Source: an uncultured Planctomycetales bacterium (GTDB lineage: Bacteria; Planctomycetota; Phycisphaerae; UBA1845; PWPN01). From it: a stretch of DNA of 64,000 bases. Positions within the stretch are counted from its first letter, which is position 1, and each line of letters opens with the position of its first letter. Positions 47,301-56,300 of this stretch are shown one piece after another. Where the stretch lies: contig CAZJTF010000001.1 of NCBI GenBank assembly GCA_964548565.1, positions 212 to 64,211 on the forward strand, in the 5' to 3' direction. A model generated the notes under the pieces. That model was not told where the DNA came from. It ran no database searches and worked only from the letters and a program-made list of their open reading frames with translations. The position numbers and the translations under genes were made by a program.

Positions 47301-48360
47301 CAGCGCCCGACCACCGCGCCAGCCGCCAGGTGCGGGGGTCGCCTGCGGGGCCGGCGGCGTAGTTCTTCGACGTGATGTACAGGATGTACGGTTTACCTTG
47401 CGCGTCGAGCTGGGTGTCGTTGATGTAGCACAGCATGCCCTGCGCCTCGTAGTTCACCACGAGGGCCGGGTTGCTGACCTGGCTGAGCGGCAGCGTCAGG
47501 GGCGTGCCGTTCACCGTTGTCCACGTCTGACCCCTATTCACTGTCTGCATGTAGTACAGATTCGTCCGCCGGTCGACATTGCCGCCGGGGTGGTAGTTGA
47601 ACGCCGTCCCGATCCTGCCATCGCGCTCCATTGAGGTCTGGTAATGGCCGCCAAATCCGACCATCTTCGAATGCGGCGTCCAGTTCACGCCGTCGGCGCT
47701 GGTGGCCCAGTACAACTCGCGTCCGGCCGTGTACTTCGTGAACATGTGCAGGAAAAGCGGCGGGTTCACACCGTCGTCGAGATACCACGGCTGCGGGTAC
47801 GTCCGCTCGTCGGTCACCTGGTGCTCGAACGCCTCAGTCGAGTACGGCTGTGTGCTCCGGTAAATAAACCCCGGCCGCGCCGTGCCGCGCCCGCTGATGA
47901 AGACCCACAGGTAACCGTCTCGGTCAATCAGCAGCGAGCCATTGTCGTGCGGATCGTTAATGCCCACCTTATGGTAGACTACAGTGGGGCGGGGGACGGT
48001 GCACGTCGCGTGGTCATACCACGACGCCAGGATGAGCAGGTCGCCCGTGGCAGCGTCCACGCCGCCGTAGACGAAGAACGTCTTGTCGACGGCCGGCGCG
48101 TAAATGGCGATCGGGACGTGATTGGCGGTGTACGTGCCCAGCCCGCCCGAATACTTCGGGCCCCATTCATTGTCCTGGCCGATCGTGAACCAGATGCCGC
48201 GGTAGCCGTCGAGTTTGGTGTTCGGCTCGACCGCCGCCGTGGCTGTCGCGAGCGTCGCGAGTACCGTCGCGACGATTGCAGCCTTTCCCGACACGGATCG
48301 CGACCACCATCCCGATACGCTCGTGCGGACTGCCTCCGCTGCACCCTGTTGCCCACACAT
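44395..48360 (-). CDS. 1321-aa secreted BNR_4 + two LamG domains (the first split by a nested module) + dockerin-like tail
   Basis: The N-terminal YRGIWFTIGQDNEWGPKYSGGLGTYTANHVPIAIYAPAVDKTFFVYGG is paralogous to 42204..44222. LamG motifs: WYHFALVYDGAAITWYLDGNL, FYGLLDEVRISD, WHHFALVAQGGELRWYLDGQL, FYGMIDEIRIVD. The nested module is at 45781..46470. The tail at 44398..44637 is FADADGDLDVDHSDFGAFQAC...CLCFDRDGDHIIGAADFEQFVRC...C. Confidence 0.75.
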   Translation of the reverse strand: MCGQQGAAEAVRTSVSGWWSRSVSGKAAIVATVLATLATATAAVEPNTKLDGYRGIWFTIGQDNEWGPKYSGGLGTYTANHVPIAIYAPAVDKTFFVYGGVDAATGDLLILASWYDHATCTVPRPTVVYHKVGINDPHDNGSLLIDRDGYLWVFISGRGTARPGFIYRSTQPYSTEAFEHQVTDERTYPQPWYLDDGVNPPLFLHMFTKYTAGRELYWATSADGVNWTPHSKMVGFGGHYQTSMERDGRIGTAFNYHPGGNVDRRTNLYYMQTVNRGQTWTTVNGTPLTLPLSQVSNPALVVNYEAQGMLCYINDTQLDAQGKPYILYITSKNYAAGPAGDPRTWRLARWSGAEWVHSVVTVSDHNYDVGNLYLEGETLRIIGPTENGPQVYGTGGEVGVWISQDLGATWTKVRDVTTGSVYNHSYVRRPRHARDPFYAFWADGNALMKTDSRLYFCDRSGANVWRLPWTMAGDSARPERVTDFGEVSNSAPPLWRSPFETLAIGPVTNGQPVSIVRNAAGASGTPAGTVPLTYAAYGQPATGTAPTGDAGAFAIALPNDRSVGINTALASNAGNLQNTLTFEGFFRTQESAVITSPTYVGRRLVTQKRSDGDGESRLAIGLHGGSAPGTDGLFDYEGFQYSGTTLHQQAGGIGWGGAWDDADADFAILTNDSVSLTTPLFPSVGSRLSGVNAGASGTVEAVRALSRSINLAQEGGVLYVSGLLRKTSTSANSAENLEISFTPGTSTQVARFGMTSGGSTTPDQFFLNASTNVAGTVTAGTTYLVIGKIVAHASSADEFFMNFYPAGAAVPVTEPATWMLSNQTSSTATISHIRLVMGLNSNKGEIDEIRVGNTYAAVTDRNAPIAGGGGPANLLSVFWYDTSGTNHLELGTTPVLADRWYHFALVYDGAAITWYLDGNLQGQVPASTLVAAGSGPVSLANNRLSGVEDRGFYGLLDEVRISDQVRAPAEFLLDGGSCDAACGAAGTGVLWCSGFEAEPGAAVSHGLVDSGLCGAIENIHGADGTAGAGSPLTYVAYGQPGVGDAPATSAGQFAMLLPGNLSAAIDTHLPSNAGSLQETLTFEGFFNTFDTSPITAPMSVGRRLVTQKRSSLDTESRLAIGLHAGAGGNVLSVFWRGDDEADHVEPGQTPVTAGTWHHFALVAQGGELRWYLDGQLEGHVTGVSLAPAGPAPLIIGNRRGGGMADRGFYGMIDEIRIVDRALGRGDFLRPIQQPDEPCRPACAFPFADADGDLDVDHSDFGAFQACITGPGGWAAGADPACLCFDRDGDHIIGAADFEQFVRCVSGPAVPWRHSAAPTCVP

Positions 48361-48476
48361 GATGAGACAATCCTCCTGGCGCGGGACAGGCCGCGCTGCA
48401 CTTCTCCACAGGAGAGGACTTCACTGTTGTCCCGGCCGGAATCCTGCAACCGCGCGGCTCCGCCCGGTCCCCGCGA

Positions 48477-49307
48477 TCATCTCGTATCCCGGCGGCGCAT
48501 GCCGAGCAGGCCCGCCACGCCGAGCAGCGCCAGCGTCGCCGGCTCCGGGACGGCCACCGACGCCCAGTCGCTGCCGATCCGGATCTCGTCGATCTCGGCG
48601 TACGAATTGCTTGCCCCCACGTTCACGCGCAGCTGGGTCAGCACATCGCTGCGCGCACCACTGGTGGTCAGGCTCCAGGCAGCCGGTTCCGAGGCGGGCA
48701 CCGTATCGTTCGGGCCGTACACCTTCAGGAACAGCTGGTCCGATCCGGCCGCGGAGGAGACGAGCTTCGCGACCAGGAAGTATACGGTGTCCGCGCCGAT
48801 CGGCGCCGCGCCGTTGTTGGTATCCACCGCGTTGAGGCCAACGTAGAACACGTCGGCGGCGCTCACGCCGAAGCGAAAGCCGATTGTGCCGCCGGTGGTC
48901 CGGAACTGGAACTGCACGTCCGAGCCGGCCGTCGCGGCGCCGTCCGCCCCCCGGCGAACCAGGGTGCTGGCGTACAGGACGCCGTCCTCGGCCAGGCTGA
49001 CATTCTGGGCCAGATTTCGGACCGCCGCCCGGTCCACCGTGGCGCCGTCGCTCGGCGGGATGCGGATCAGCCGCGAGCCGACGGGCGCAAACGGGAACGC
49101 AGCCGAATCGAGGCTGACCCCGTCGTTGGTCAGCCGCGGATCACCCGTCGTGTTCACCCACGGGCCGCCCCAGCCGATCCCGCCGTTCTGGTCCGCGATG
49201 GCCGTGCCCGTGTAGTCGAACCCGTCGTAATCCAGCAGGGCGGCTTGCGCCGCTCCCGCGGCCGCAAGGCACAACACCCCGCACACAAGAGTGCACGTCA
49301 TTTTCAT
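48477..49307 (-). CDS. PEP-CTERM protein consisting of one free copy of the GIGWGG module
   Basis: ATG at 49307 after GGAGAAG. Signal peptide. LLDYDGFDYTGTAIADQNGGIGWGGPW ... YAEIDEIRIGSDWASV. The tail VAVPEPATLALLGVAGLLGMRRRDTR is at 48480..48557. Confidence 0.75.
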   Translation of the reverse strand: MKMTCTLVCGVLCLAAAGAAQAALLDYDGFDYTGTAIADQNGGIGWGGPWVNTTGDPRLTNDGVSLDSAAFPFAPVGSRLIRIPPSDGATVDRAAVRNLAQNVSLAEDGVLYASTLVRRGADGAATAGSDVQFQFRTTGGTIGFRFGVSAADVFYVGLNAVDTNNGAAPIGADTVYFLVAKLVSSAAGSDQLFLKVYGPNDTVPASEPAAWSLTTSGARSDVLTQLRVNVGASNSYAEIDEIRIGSDWASVAVPEPATLALLGVAGLLGMRRRDTR

Positions 49308-49417
49308 AGCTTCTCCTTCCGCTCCGAAAAGCACTCAGCCGATCTCGTTGCGTCAATTGCTCCGAAAAGGCGTCCCGCCGTCTCCGGACCTCACGTCCTC
49401 CCCGTGACTGCTCCACC

Positions 49418-52048
49418 TCACTGCGGGCAGCCTGGAGTCGCCGTCCACACGATGCCGGGCCCGGTCGCGCACAGTTTGAACGCGCCAAAATCGGCCACGT
49501 CGACATCCTCGTCGCCATCCCGGTCAAAACACTTGCATTCGTTCGGAATGGCCGGCGTCTCCGAGAAACACCGCTGGAACGCCCCGAAGTCGTCCATGTC
49601 GACGTCGTCGTCATTGTCGTCATCCGCGAACGGCACATTGCACCACATGCCCAGGCACGGGTCGAAGCCGACTCCCGCCGTCATGAACTCCGTCGGGGCG
49701 ATCACGTGGTCGCTGATCACGATCTTGTCGAGCAGGCCGTAGAACCCGCGCGTACCGTTGCCGGCCGTCCGATCGTTGCCGATCGCGATGGGCGCGCTGC
49801 CCGGCCCTATCAGGTTCGGCGCCAGCACCTCGCCTTCCAGTGTCCCGTTCAGGTAAAAGCGGATGTCCGTTCCGTCGTACACCATCGCGAAGTGGTACCA
49901 CGTGTTCGGCTGCACCGCCGTCGTGCCGCGGACGACGGTCAGCGTCGACGTATCCGCCTCCGCCCAGACGATCGCCAGCACGTTATTCGTCGGCACGGCC
50001 TCCGTGTTGCCGGTCAGCCCGATCGCCAGCCGCGATTGCCCTTCGGAAGCCGACCGCATCATGCTCACGAGGCGGTCGCCGATGGGCGCGGTGCTGTCAA
50101 CTACGGTCGAGGAGTGATTGAAATAACCCTGGACGGTCAGTGCGTTCGCCAGGTTCCCCGCGTTGCTTGGCAACGTTGTGTTGATCGCCGTGTTCTGCAG
50201 GTCGGGCATGGAAACCGCGAAACTCTGGGCGAGTGCGCCGGGATCGATCAGCGCCGGGATCGCCGGAATCCCCGTCTGGCCGTACTGCACGTACAGGCTG
50301 GCCACGACGCCGGCCGGCGTGCCGTCCGGCGGCCCCGCGGAGTTGTCGATGCAGCCCGGCGTCTCCGCCGGCTGGCCTGACGTGACTGCCTGCCCGTCGT
50401 TCGTCTCGAATCGCGACCGCCAGAGCAGGCCTGCTCCGGGCGCGCCGCCCTTGACCGCGAGTTCATCGACCGTCAGGGCACGATCCCACAGGCGGATTTC
50501 GTCCATCACCCCGTAGAAGCCGCGGTCGTTGGTCGCACCGCTGGTCCGGTTGTTGCCGATCCCGATCTTGGCCGTCCCGGGCGTCACGATGCCCGGAGTG
50601 TTCGCCGTGCCTTCAAGCGCACCGTTCAGGTACCACGTCAGCGTCGTTCCGTCATGGATGGCGGCAAAGTGGTACCAGGTGTTCGCCGCAAGCGGTGTGC
50701 TGCCGACTTCCAGGTGATTGACGAGCGTCGGGTCGACGGCCGGCGGCACCGGCGGAATCGACTCCACCCAGAACGTCGAGAGGACGTTGCGAAGCTCGCC
50801 CGGGTCGCCGCGCGGTGCGTTGGGGTCCGTCACCGCCGCGTACGTCGACCCGATGCGGATCTCGTCGATGTCGGCCTTGTTATTGTTCGCTCCAACGATC
50901 AGGCGGAGGTGAGAAATCACCGAGTTGCTCGCCGTCTGATTCGTCAGCATCCACGTCTCCGGCTCCGTGACCGGCACCGGGTCGCCTGACGCATAGAAGT
51001 TCATGAAAAACTCATCGTTCGTGGAGGTATGTGCGACGATCTTGCCGACGACCAGGTATGTCGTACCAGCGGTAACGGTCCCCCCGATGTTCGTCGACGC
51101 ATTCAGGAAAAACGCATCCGGCACCGTGGCGCTTCCGCTGGTGATGCCGAACCGCGCGACCAGCGTCGTGTTTCCCGGCGTGAAGGCGATCTCCAGGTTC
51201 TCCGCGCTGTTCGCCGAGGTCGAACCCTTGCGCAGGAGTCCGCTCACGTACAGCACCTTGCCCTCCTCCGACAGGTTCAGCGGAATGCTGAGCGGACGTA
51301 CCCCTTCAATGGTGCCCGTCGCGCCGGCATTCGGGCCGCTCAGGCGCGAGCCCACCGACGTGAACAGAGGCGAGGTCAGGCTCACCGAGTCGTTGCTGAG
51401 GAATGCAAAGTCGCCGTCTGCGTCGTCCCACGCGCCGCCCCAGCCGATCCCGCCTGACTGCCCGTGAATTGCGGTACCGGTGTAGTCGAACCCCTCGTAG
51501 TCAAACAGCCCCTCCACGACACCCACTCGCACCGCCTGCAGACCCACCGCCAGACGCGATTGGCCGTCATCCGCGGACCGCTTCTGGCTGACCAGACGCT
51601 GCCCCACGAACGTGCCGCCTACCGGGGTCGCTGTCGGCACGTAGAAGTAGCCTTCAAACGTGAGCGCGCTGGCCAGGTTGCCGGCGTCGCTCCGCAAGTT
51701 GCTGTTGATCCCGGTGCGCCGATCGTCGGGGGAGGAGATCCCGAAGGATCCCGCGGCATTGCCCGGATCGATCAGGCCGGGAATGCCCGGCAACGCCACC
51801 CCATACTGCACGTACACCAGCGGTGCGAGGCTCGCGATGCTGCCGGTCGCCTGCCCCTCGGGCCCGACCAGGTTTTCCACCGGCCCTGCGACCTGCTCGT
51901 GCGTGACGGCCACACCATTCTCCGTCTCGAAAGGCGAGCACCAGACCGGCTCTGCCTGCAGAACGCCGGCCGGCACCAGGATTGCCACGGCAATCGCGCC
52001 CGCGGCCAGCGTGGTGCCAAGAATCTGCGCAACACGGGTTGACGTCAT
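49418..52048 (-). CDS. 876-aa secreted double-LamG protein (the first LamG split by the nested GIGWGG module) + dockerin-like tail
   Basis: AGGAGG lies 6 nt upstream of the ATG. Signal peptide. WYHFAAIHDGTTLTWYLNGAL, FYGVMDEIRLWD, WYHFAMVYDGTDIRFYLNGTL and FYGLLDKIVISD. The nested module is at 50825..51517. The tail at 49421..49645 is FADDDNDDDVDMDDFGAFQRC...CKCFDRDGDEDVDVADFGAFKLC...C. Confidence 0.75.
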   Translation of the reverse strand: MTSTRVAQILGTTLAAGAIAVAILVPAGVLQAEPVWCSPFETENGVAVTHEQVAGPVENLVGPEGQATGSIASLAPLVYVQYGVALPGIPGLIDPGNAAGSFGISSPDDRRTGINSNLRSDAGNLASALTFEGYFYVPTATPVGGTFVGQRLVSQKRSADDGQSRLAVGLQAVRVGVVEGLFDYEGFDYTGTAIHGQSGGIGWGGAWDDADGDFAFLSNDSVSLTSPLFTSVGSRLSGPNAGATGTIEGVRPLSIPLNLSEEGKVLYVSGLLRKGSTSANSAENLEIAFTPGNTTLVARFGITSGSATVPDAFFLNASTNIGGTVTAGTTYLVVGKIVAHTSTNDEFFMNFYASGDPVPVTEPETWMLTNQTASNSVISHLRLIVGANNNKADIDEIRIGSTYAAVTDPNAPRGDPGELRNVLSTFWVESIPPVPPAVDPTLVNHLEVGSTPLAANTWYHFAAIHDGTTLTWYLNGALEGTANTPGIVTPGTAKIGIGNNRTSGATNDRGFYGVMDEIRLWDRALTVDELAVKGGAPGAGLLWRSRFETNDGQAVTSGQPAETPGCIDNSAGPPDGTPAGVVASLYVQYGQTGIPAIPALIDPGALAQSFAVSMPDLQNTAINTTLPSNAGNLANALTVQGYFNHSSTVVDSTAPIGDRLVSMMRSASEGQSRLAIGLTGNTEAVPTNNVLAIVWAEADTSTLTVVRGTTAVQPNTWYHFAMVYDGTDIRFYLNGTLEGEVLAPNLIGPGSAPIAIGNDRTAGNGTRGFYGLLDKIVISDHVIAPTEFMTAGVGFDPCLGMWCNVPFADDDNDDDVDMDDFGAFQRCFSETPAIPNECKCFDRDGDEDVDVADFGAFKLCATGPGIVWTATPGCPQ

Positions 52049-52165
52049 GGCAGCCTCCTTCCGTTTCGGGCGGGTTTGCCCTTCCCCCGCTCTCCATCGG
52101 GCGGCCTGATGGAATGCCGCTCTCCGCGATTCGAAGCTTCTACATCTCAGCCCACGCCGGTCCGA

Positions 52166-53029
52166 CTACGGGATCCGGTCGAGAACCTTGTAATACGCAG
52201 CCTGCTCCTCGGGCTTGGGTGCAACCGAGGTGATGGGTCGCAGTGCCTTCAGCAGATCCGGCCGCGCCCATCGCACCGACCCGTCTCCGAACAGCCGCAT
52301 GTAGCCTTTCCCCTGGTGCGGTGCGGAAACGTAGCCGACATCAATGCCTCCGCCCTTGAACTGGTCCACTCCCGTGAAGTCGGAGTAGATGACTTTCTGG
52401 GCGAGGCTCGTCGTGATCAGTCTTGCGGGGTTTGCGTTGAGCATCGTCTCGGTGTAGCGCCCCAGCCGCCAGTAGGTGATGACGCCGGCCGGCATCGGGT
52501 CGGTCCGGGCGCCCGCGCCGATCTGTGCATTGGCGGCCATGACCTCGATGAGGCGCGCGGGATACGAGCAGCGGAGCTGCACCTTCGGGTTCAGGGCCTC
52601 CCACTCGCTCTCCCAGTACCACTTGTTGTCGGGGCCGTTGAATGCGAGGCTCGCGCTGTGCGAGGCATGCTGGCCGGGGCAGTAGAAAGCCCGCGGGTCC
52701 TTGATGTACTTGCGGTTGGCCAGTTTCCCCAGGTTGATCGTCCCGACCGCCGGGCTCCGCATGTAGTAGGTCGTGAATGAGCTCGCCGTTCGGTACAGCG
52801 GCGGCAGGTTTTCGCGCGAATCGTTGGCGTAGGCAAGGATCGCCAGGCTGAGCTGGTGCAGGTTGCTGCTGCATTGGGAGCGCTTGGCTGACTCCCGTGC
52901 CGATTTCAGGCTCGGAATCAGGATGGCGACCAGCAGGGCGATGATCGCGACAACCACCAGCACTTCAATGAGCGTGAATGCCCGAACTTGTCGGCTCGGT
53001 CGTGAACCCTGCAACGTCGGCATGGGCAT
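52166..53029 (-). CDS. DUF1559 / HX9DG-type prepilin-like protein (type II secretion/type IV pilus pseudopilin-like)
   Basis: ATG at 53029 after GGAGG. The prepilin leader and methylation site are [36 protein letters not shown]. The C-terminus is [17 protein letters not shown] (an H-x(9-10)-DG motif). Confidence 0.8.
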   Translation of the reverse strand: MPMPTLQGSRPSRQVRAFTLIEVLVVVAIIALLVAILIPSLKSARESAKRSQCSSNLHQLSLAILAYANDSRENLPPLYRTASSFTTYYMRSPAVGTINLGKLANRKYIKDPRAFYCPGQHASHSASLAFNGPDNKWYWESEWEALNPKVQLRCSYPARLIEVMAANAQIGAGARTDPMPAGVITYWRLGRYTETMLNANPARLITTSLAQKVIYSDFTGVDQFKGGGIDVGYVSAPHQGKGYMRLFGDGSVRWARPDLLKALRPITSVAPKPEEQAAYYKVLDRIP

Positions 53030-53278
53030 GAGGCTGCCTCCGACAACGAGATAACAACGCCGCCTGAAAAGACTTGCATGGCCGGACCTGCCGCGGCCGA
53101 TCTGACATTCCTGCGCCCCGGGCCGGATCGATATGAACCGGATCCGACACGGGGACAGACCGTCGGCAGTCCACCTGTTCCCCTGCAGCTTATGCTTTGC
53201 CGCCCAGCCATTCAAGACAGAAATCGGTGGTAACCGGTAACTCCGATCCGCGGGCGTTTTGATGTTGGGCGTCAGAGC

Positions 53279-53309
53279 AAAACGCACCGCACCTTTTTTG
53301 ATGTGGTGC
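53279..53309 (-). terminator. possible intrinsic terminator between the two cassettes
   Basis: The minus strand reads gcaccac-atcaaaaaag-gtgcggtgc-gtttt (7/9-bp stem with one bulge, followed by a T-tract), about 75-100 nt downstream of the stop at 53381. Confidence 0.3.
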
Positions 53310-53380
53310 TCGTCCACCTGGCCCAACGGCACGGCTGCGACAAGGGGTAACCGCACCGGATCGGTCTGCCCGGTCCGAAA

Positions 53381-56300
53381 TCAATTGAGGCAGTTGGTAT
53401 CGATGTCCCGGTTCGCCCCTGAGAGGCAGTCGAGCAGCATCTCCACGTCCGCCTGGTCGACGAGGGGGTCGAGGTTGAAATTCACCGGCTCACAGCCGGG
53501 CAGCACCTCGATGTTCCCGTTCGGCGTCAGGCAGATCTGGACATATCCGAAGTCCGTCTGGTCCACATCGCCATCCTTGTCGACGTCCGTCGGAATCGCA
53601 AACGCCGAGCGGCTGGCCAGCGCGTAAACGTTGCCGTCGAATGCCGTCAGGTACATCACGTTGCCGATGATGCACGGTGCCGAGAGCAGGGGGGTTCCGA
53701 ACCGCATCGACCAGACTTCGGCTCCTGTATCGAGGTTGAGGGCGTACAATCGCCCGTCGCCGCAGGGCACGTAAGCGATGCGATCCGCGATCGTGGGGCT
53801 TCCGGCCAGCGCCGCGAACGTGTTGTTGTACGGCGCCATCTTCAGGGCCGACGTCGCGAGCTGCTTTTCCCAGATCTGCGCGCCCGTATCGAGCCGGAAG
53901 CCGCGAATGTACCCCGTGCCGCCCGCGACCACAATGCCGTTCGCCACCGCCGGGGTCGACGCGGAACGCCCGCCACCCAGTGGGCGCGTCCACCTTGAGG
54001 AGCCGTTAGCCAGCACAGCGCAGTGCAGCGTGCCGCTGTAGTCGGTGAAGAGCACGTCATTGCCGACAATCACCGGGCTGCCGTGCAGCCCCTGGACCGA
54101 GTACTGCCAGATCGTCGCCCCCGTCGCAGCGTTTACTGCCCGCACGTTGTTGGCCCAGTTGGCCGGCACCACCACGATGTTGCCCGTCCCCGACGGGCAG
54201 GCGTTTGAACTGATCCAGTCCGCCCCGTAACTCTGTGGCCAGTTCTTCGAGCCGGTGGCGGGGTTGAACGAGGCGAAATACGCGTACGTTCCCGCGAACA
54301 GCGCGCCGTTGAGCAGAAGCGGCCCGCTGTACTGGAACCGCTGGTACGGCGACCCCAGCTCAGAACTCCAGATCGGCGCGCCCGTCGTCCGGTTCAGCGC
54401 GTGCACGACGCCGCCGTGCGAGCAGGCGTACACGCGATCCTGGTCCAGCGTCACGCTGTGCGAGACTGCCGCCGGCGTGGGCGTGAACCACACGCGGGAC
54501 CCATCCTCCGCCTTGAGCGCGAGCACGCCGTTCTTCTCGAGGTCCCCGCGATCCTTCACGCCGACATAGACCGTCTTATCCTTCACGACGGGGGAGCCGA
54601 AATCGATCGTCCCTTCCGTATCGGCCGCCCAGACCGGCCCCAGGGGAGGCTCCAGTGCACCTGCGGCCACCCCGCCCCGCGCCGGCCCGCCGCCGAACTG
54701 CGTCCACTCGCCGTCTGGAGCCGTCCGCGGCTTCCGCAGCCCGAGCACGGTGAACGTCGTCTGCGCGGTGGATGTTTCGCCGCGGTCATTCGTCGCCGTC
54801 ACGTGCAGATCATATGCACCGCGCGGAATCTGCGCCGCCGGCAGCATCGTCCGCCAACTCCACTGCCCCTGCCGCGTGAGCGAGCCCTCCGCGACCACTT
54901 CGCCGGAATGCTCGACGCGATAACCCACCGACTCCACGTCCGCCGACGTTTCGTACGCGTTAACGATCACCAGCACGTCGTCATTCGGCACGAGCACGGA
55001 GTTCGACGGCGTCACGATCTGCAGCTGCTTGCCGTCGGCGATCCATCGCATCCGGCTCGTCGACCGGTCCGTCGTGACGCTGATCACCTTGAACCCGGCC
55101 GGCGAGCAGTCGATCCCACCGAAGAGGAAGGTCGCGGTGTTGTAGGACGTCATGCTGCCGACAGACACCGTGTGCTGCGAGTGCCAGTGGCCGCTGAACA
55201 CCGCTTCCGCTGACCACGACTGGAATTGCGTGTGCTCTTCCTGAGACGGCGAGTAGTGCTGGAAGATGAACAGCCGCTTGCTGCCGCGAAGAAGCTGCAG
55301 ATCCTTGGCGACCCACGCCTGCTGCTGCGTCGTCTTCTGGATCGCGTTCAGGATCAGGAAGTGGCAGTCCGCGTAGTCGAACGAGTAGTAGTCGGGCCCC
55401 AGGTACTTGCGGTAATTCGAGGCGCCGCCGCTGTTCGCGTCGTGGTTGCCGAACACGCTGAATACAGGCACCGCCGAGCTGTTCACGCCCGCCACGTACC
55501 CGTCGAAGTGCGACAGGTTGCTGCCCGAGTCCGCCAGATCTCCCGTGGCCAGGATGAATTTCGGCGGGCTCTTCAATGCCGCCACCTCGCCCAGGGCCGA
55601 CGTGAGAAGCGCGGTCGTCCCGTTCCCGCCGATGTGAATGTCGGAGATCTGCGCGAAGTCGAACGGTCGCGACTCCTCGGCCGACGCCAGTGCGAAGCTG
55701 AAATCCGCCGGCGCCGAGCTTCCGCTGATTCGCTTGTACCACGTGTTTGTCTTTGCGTACCCGCTCGGAAGCGAGATGTAGATCAGCCGGGCGTCTCCTG
55801 CCGCGTTGGGCAGCGTGTACGTGCCGTCGCCCGCCGTCACCGCGAGGTCTATCGTGTCCGACACACCTACGCCGGCGATGCCCGCCTCACCCTCGTCTTT
55901 CACGCCGTCGCCGTCAGCATCATTGAACACGGTGCCGGTGATCGGTCCGCTCCACCCGCCTCCCCGGTAGATCACGATCGGCGGAACCGTCCCCGCCTTC
56001 ACGTCTTCGGCATACTTGAGCATGTTGCGCATCAGTCGCGGGGCCTGCAGCTTCGCCTGGGTGTTGCCGATGTTCCGCGCCTTGTCCGGCGCCAGTGACA
56101 GGAACAGCGCCCGCCCGGTCCCCCAGCCTGCCTCGACGATGCTGGCCAGCGACACATCCGTGGCGCCGTCGCCCGCGAGCACGCCCACCTGCTCGAACGT
56201 GACGATGCTCTCCCAGGATGTCGACCACGTGGCGCTCCCCGTGTATCGCCACCCCTGGAGATTCGAATCAGAGATGACGTTCGGCGTGCTGAACAGCTGG

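Noticed and set aside
44395-52048. Diversity-generating retroelement (template/variable repeat) as an explanation for the three GIGWGG module copies
   Set aside because: No reverse transcriptase or accessory gene is present in the window. The copies differ at all nucleotide types and throughout their length, not by adenine-specific substitutions in a short variable region.
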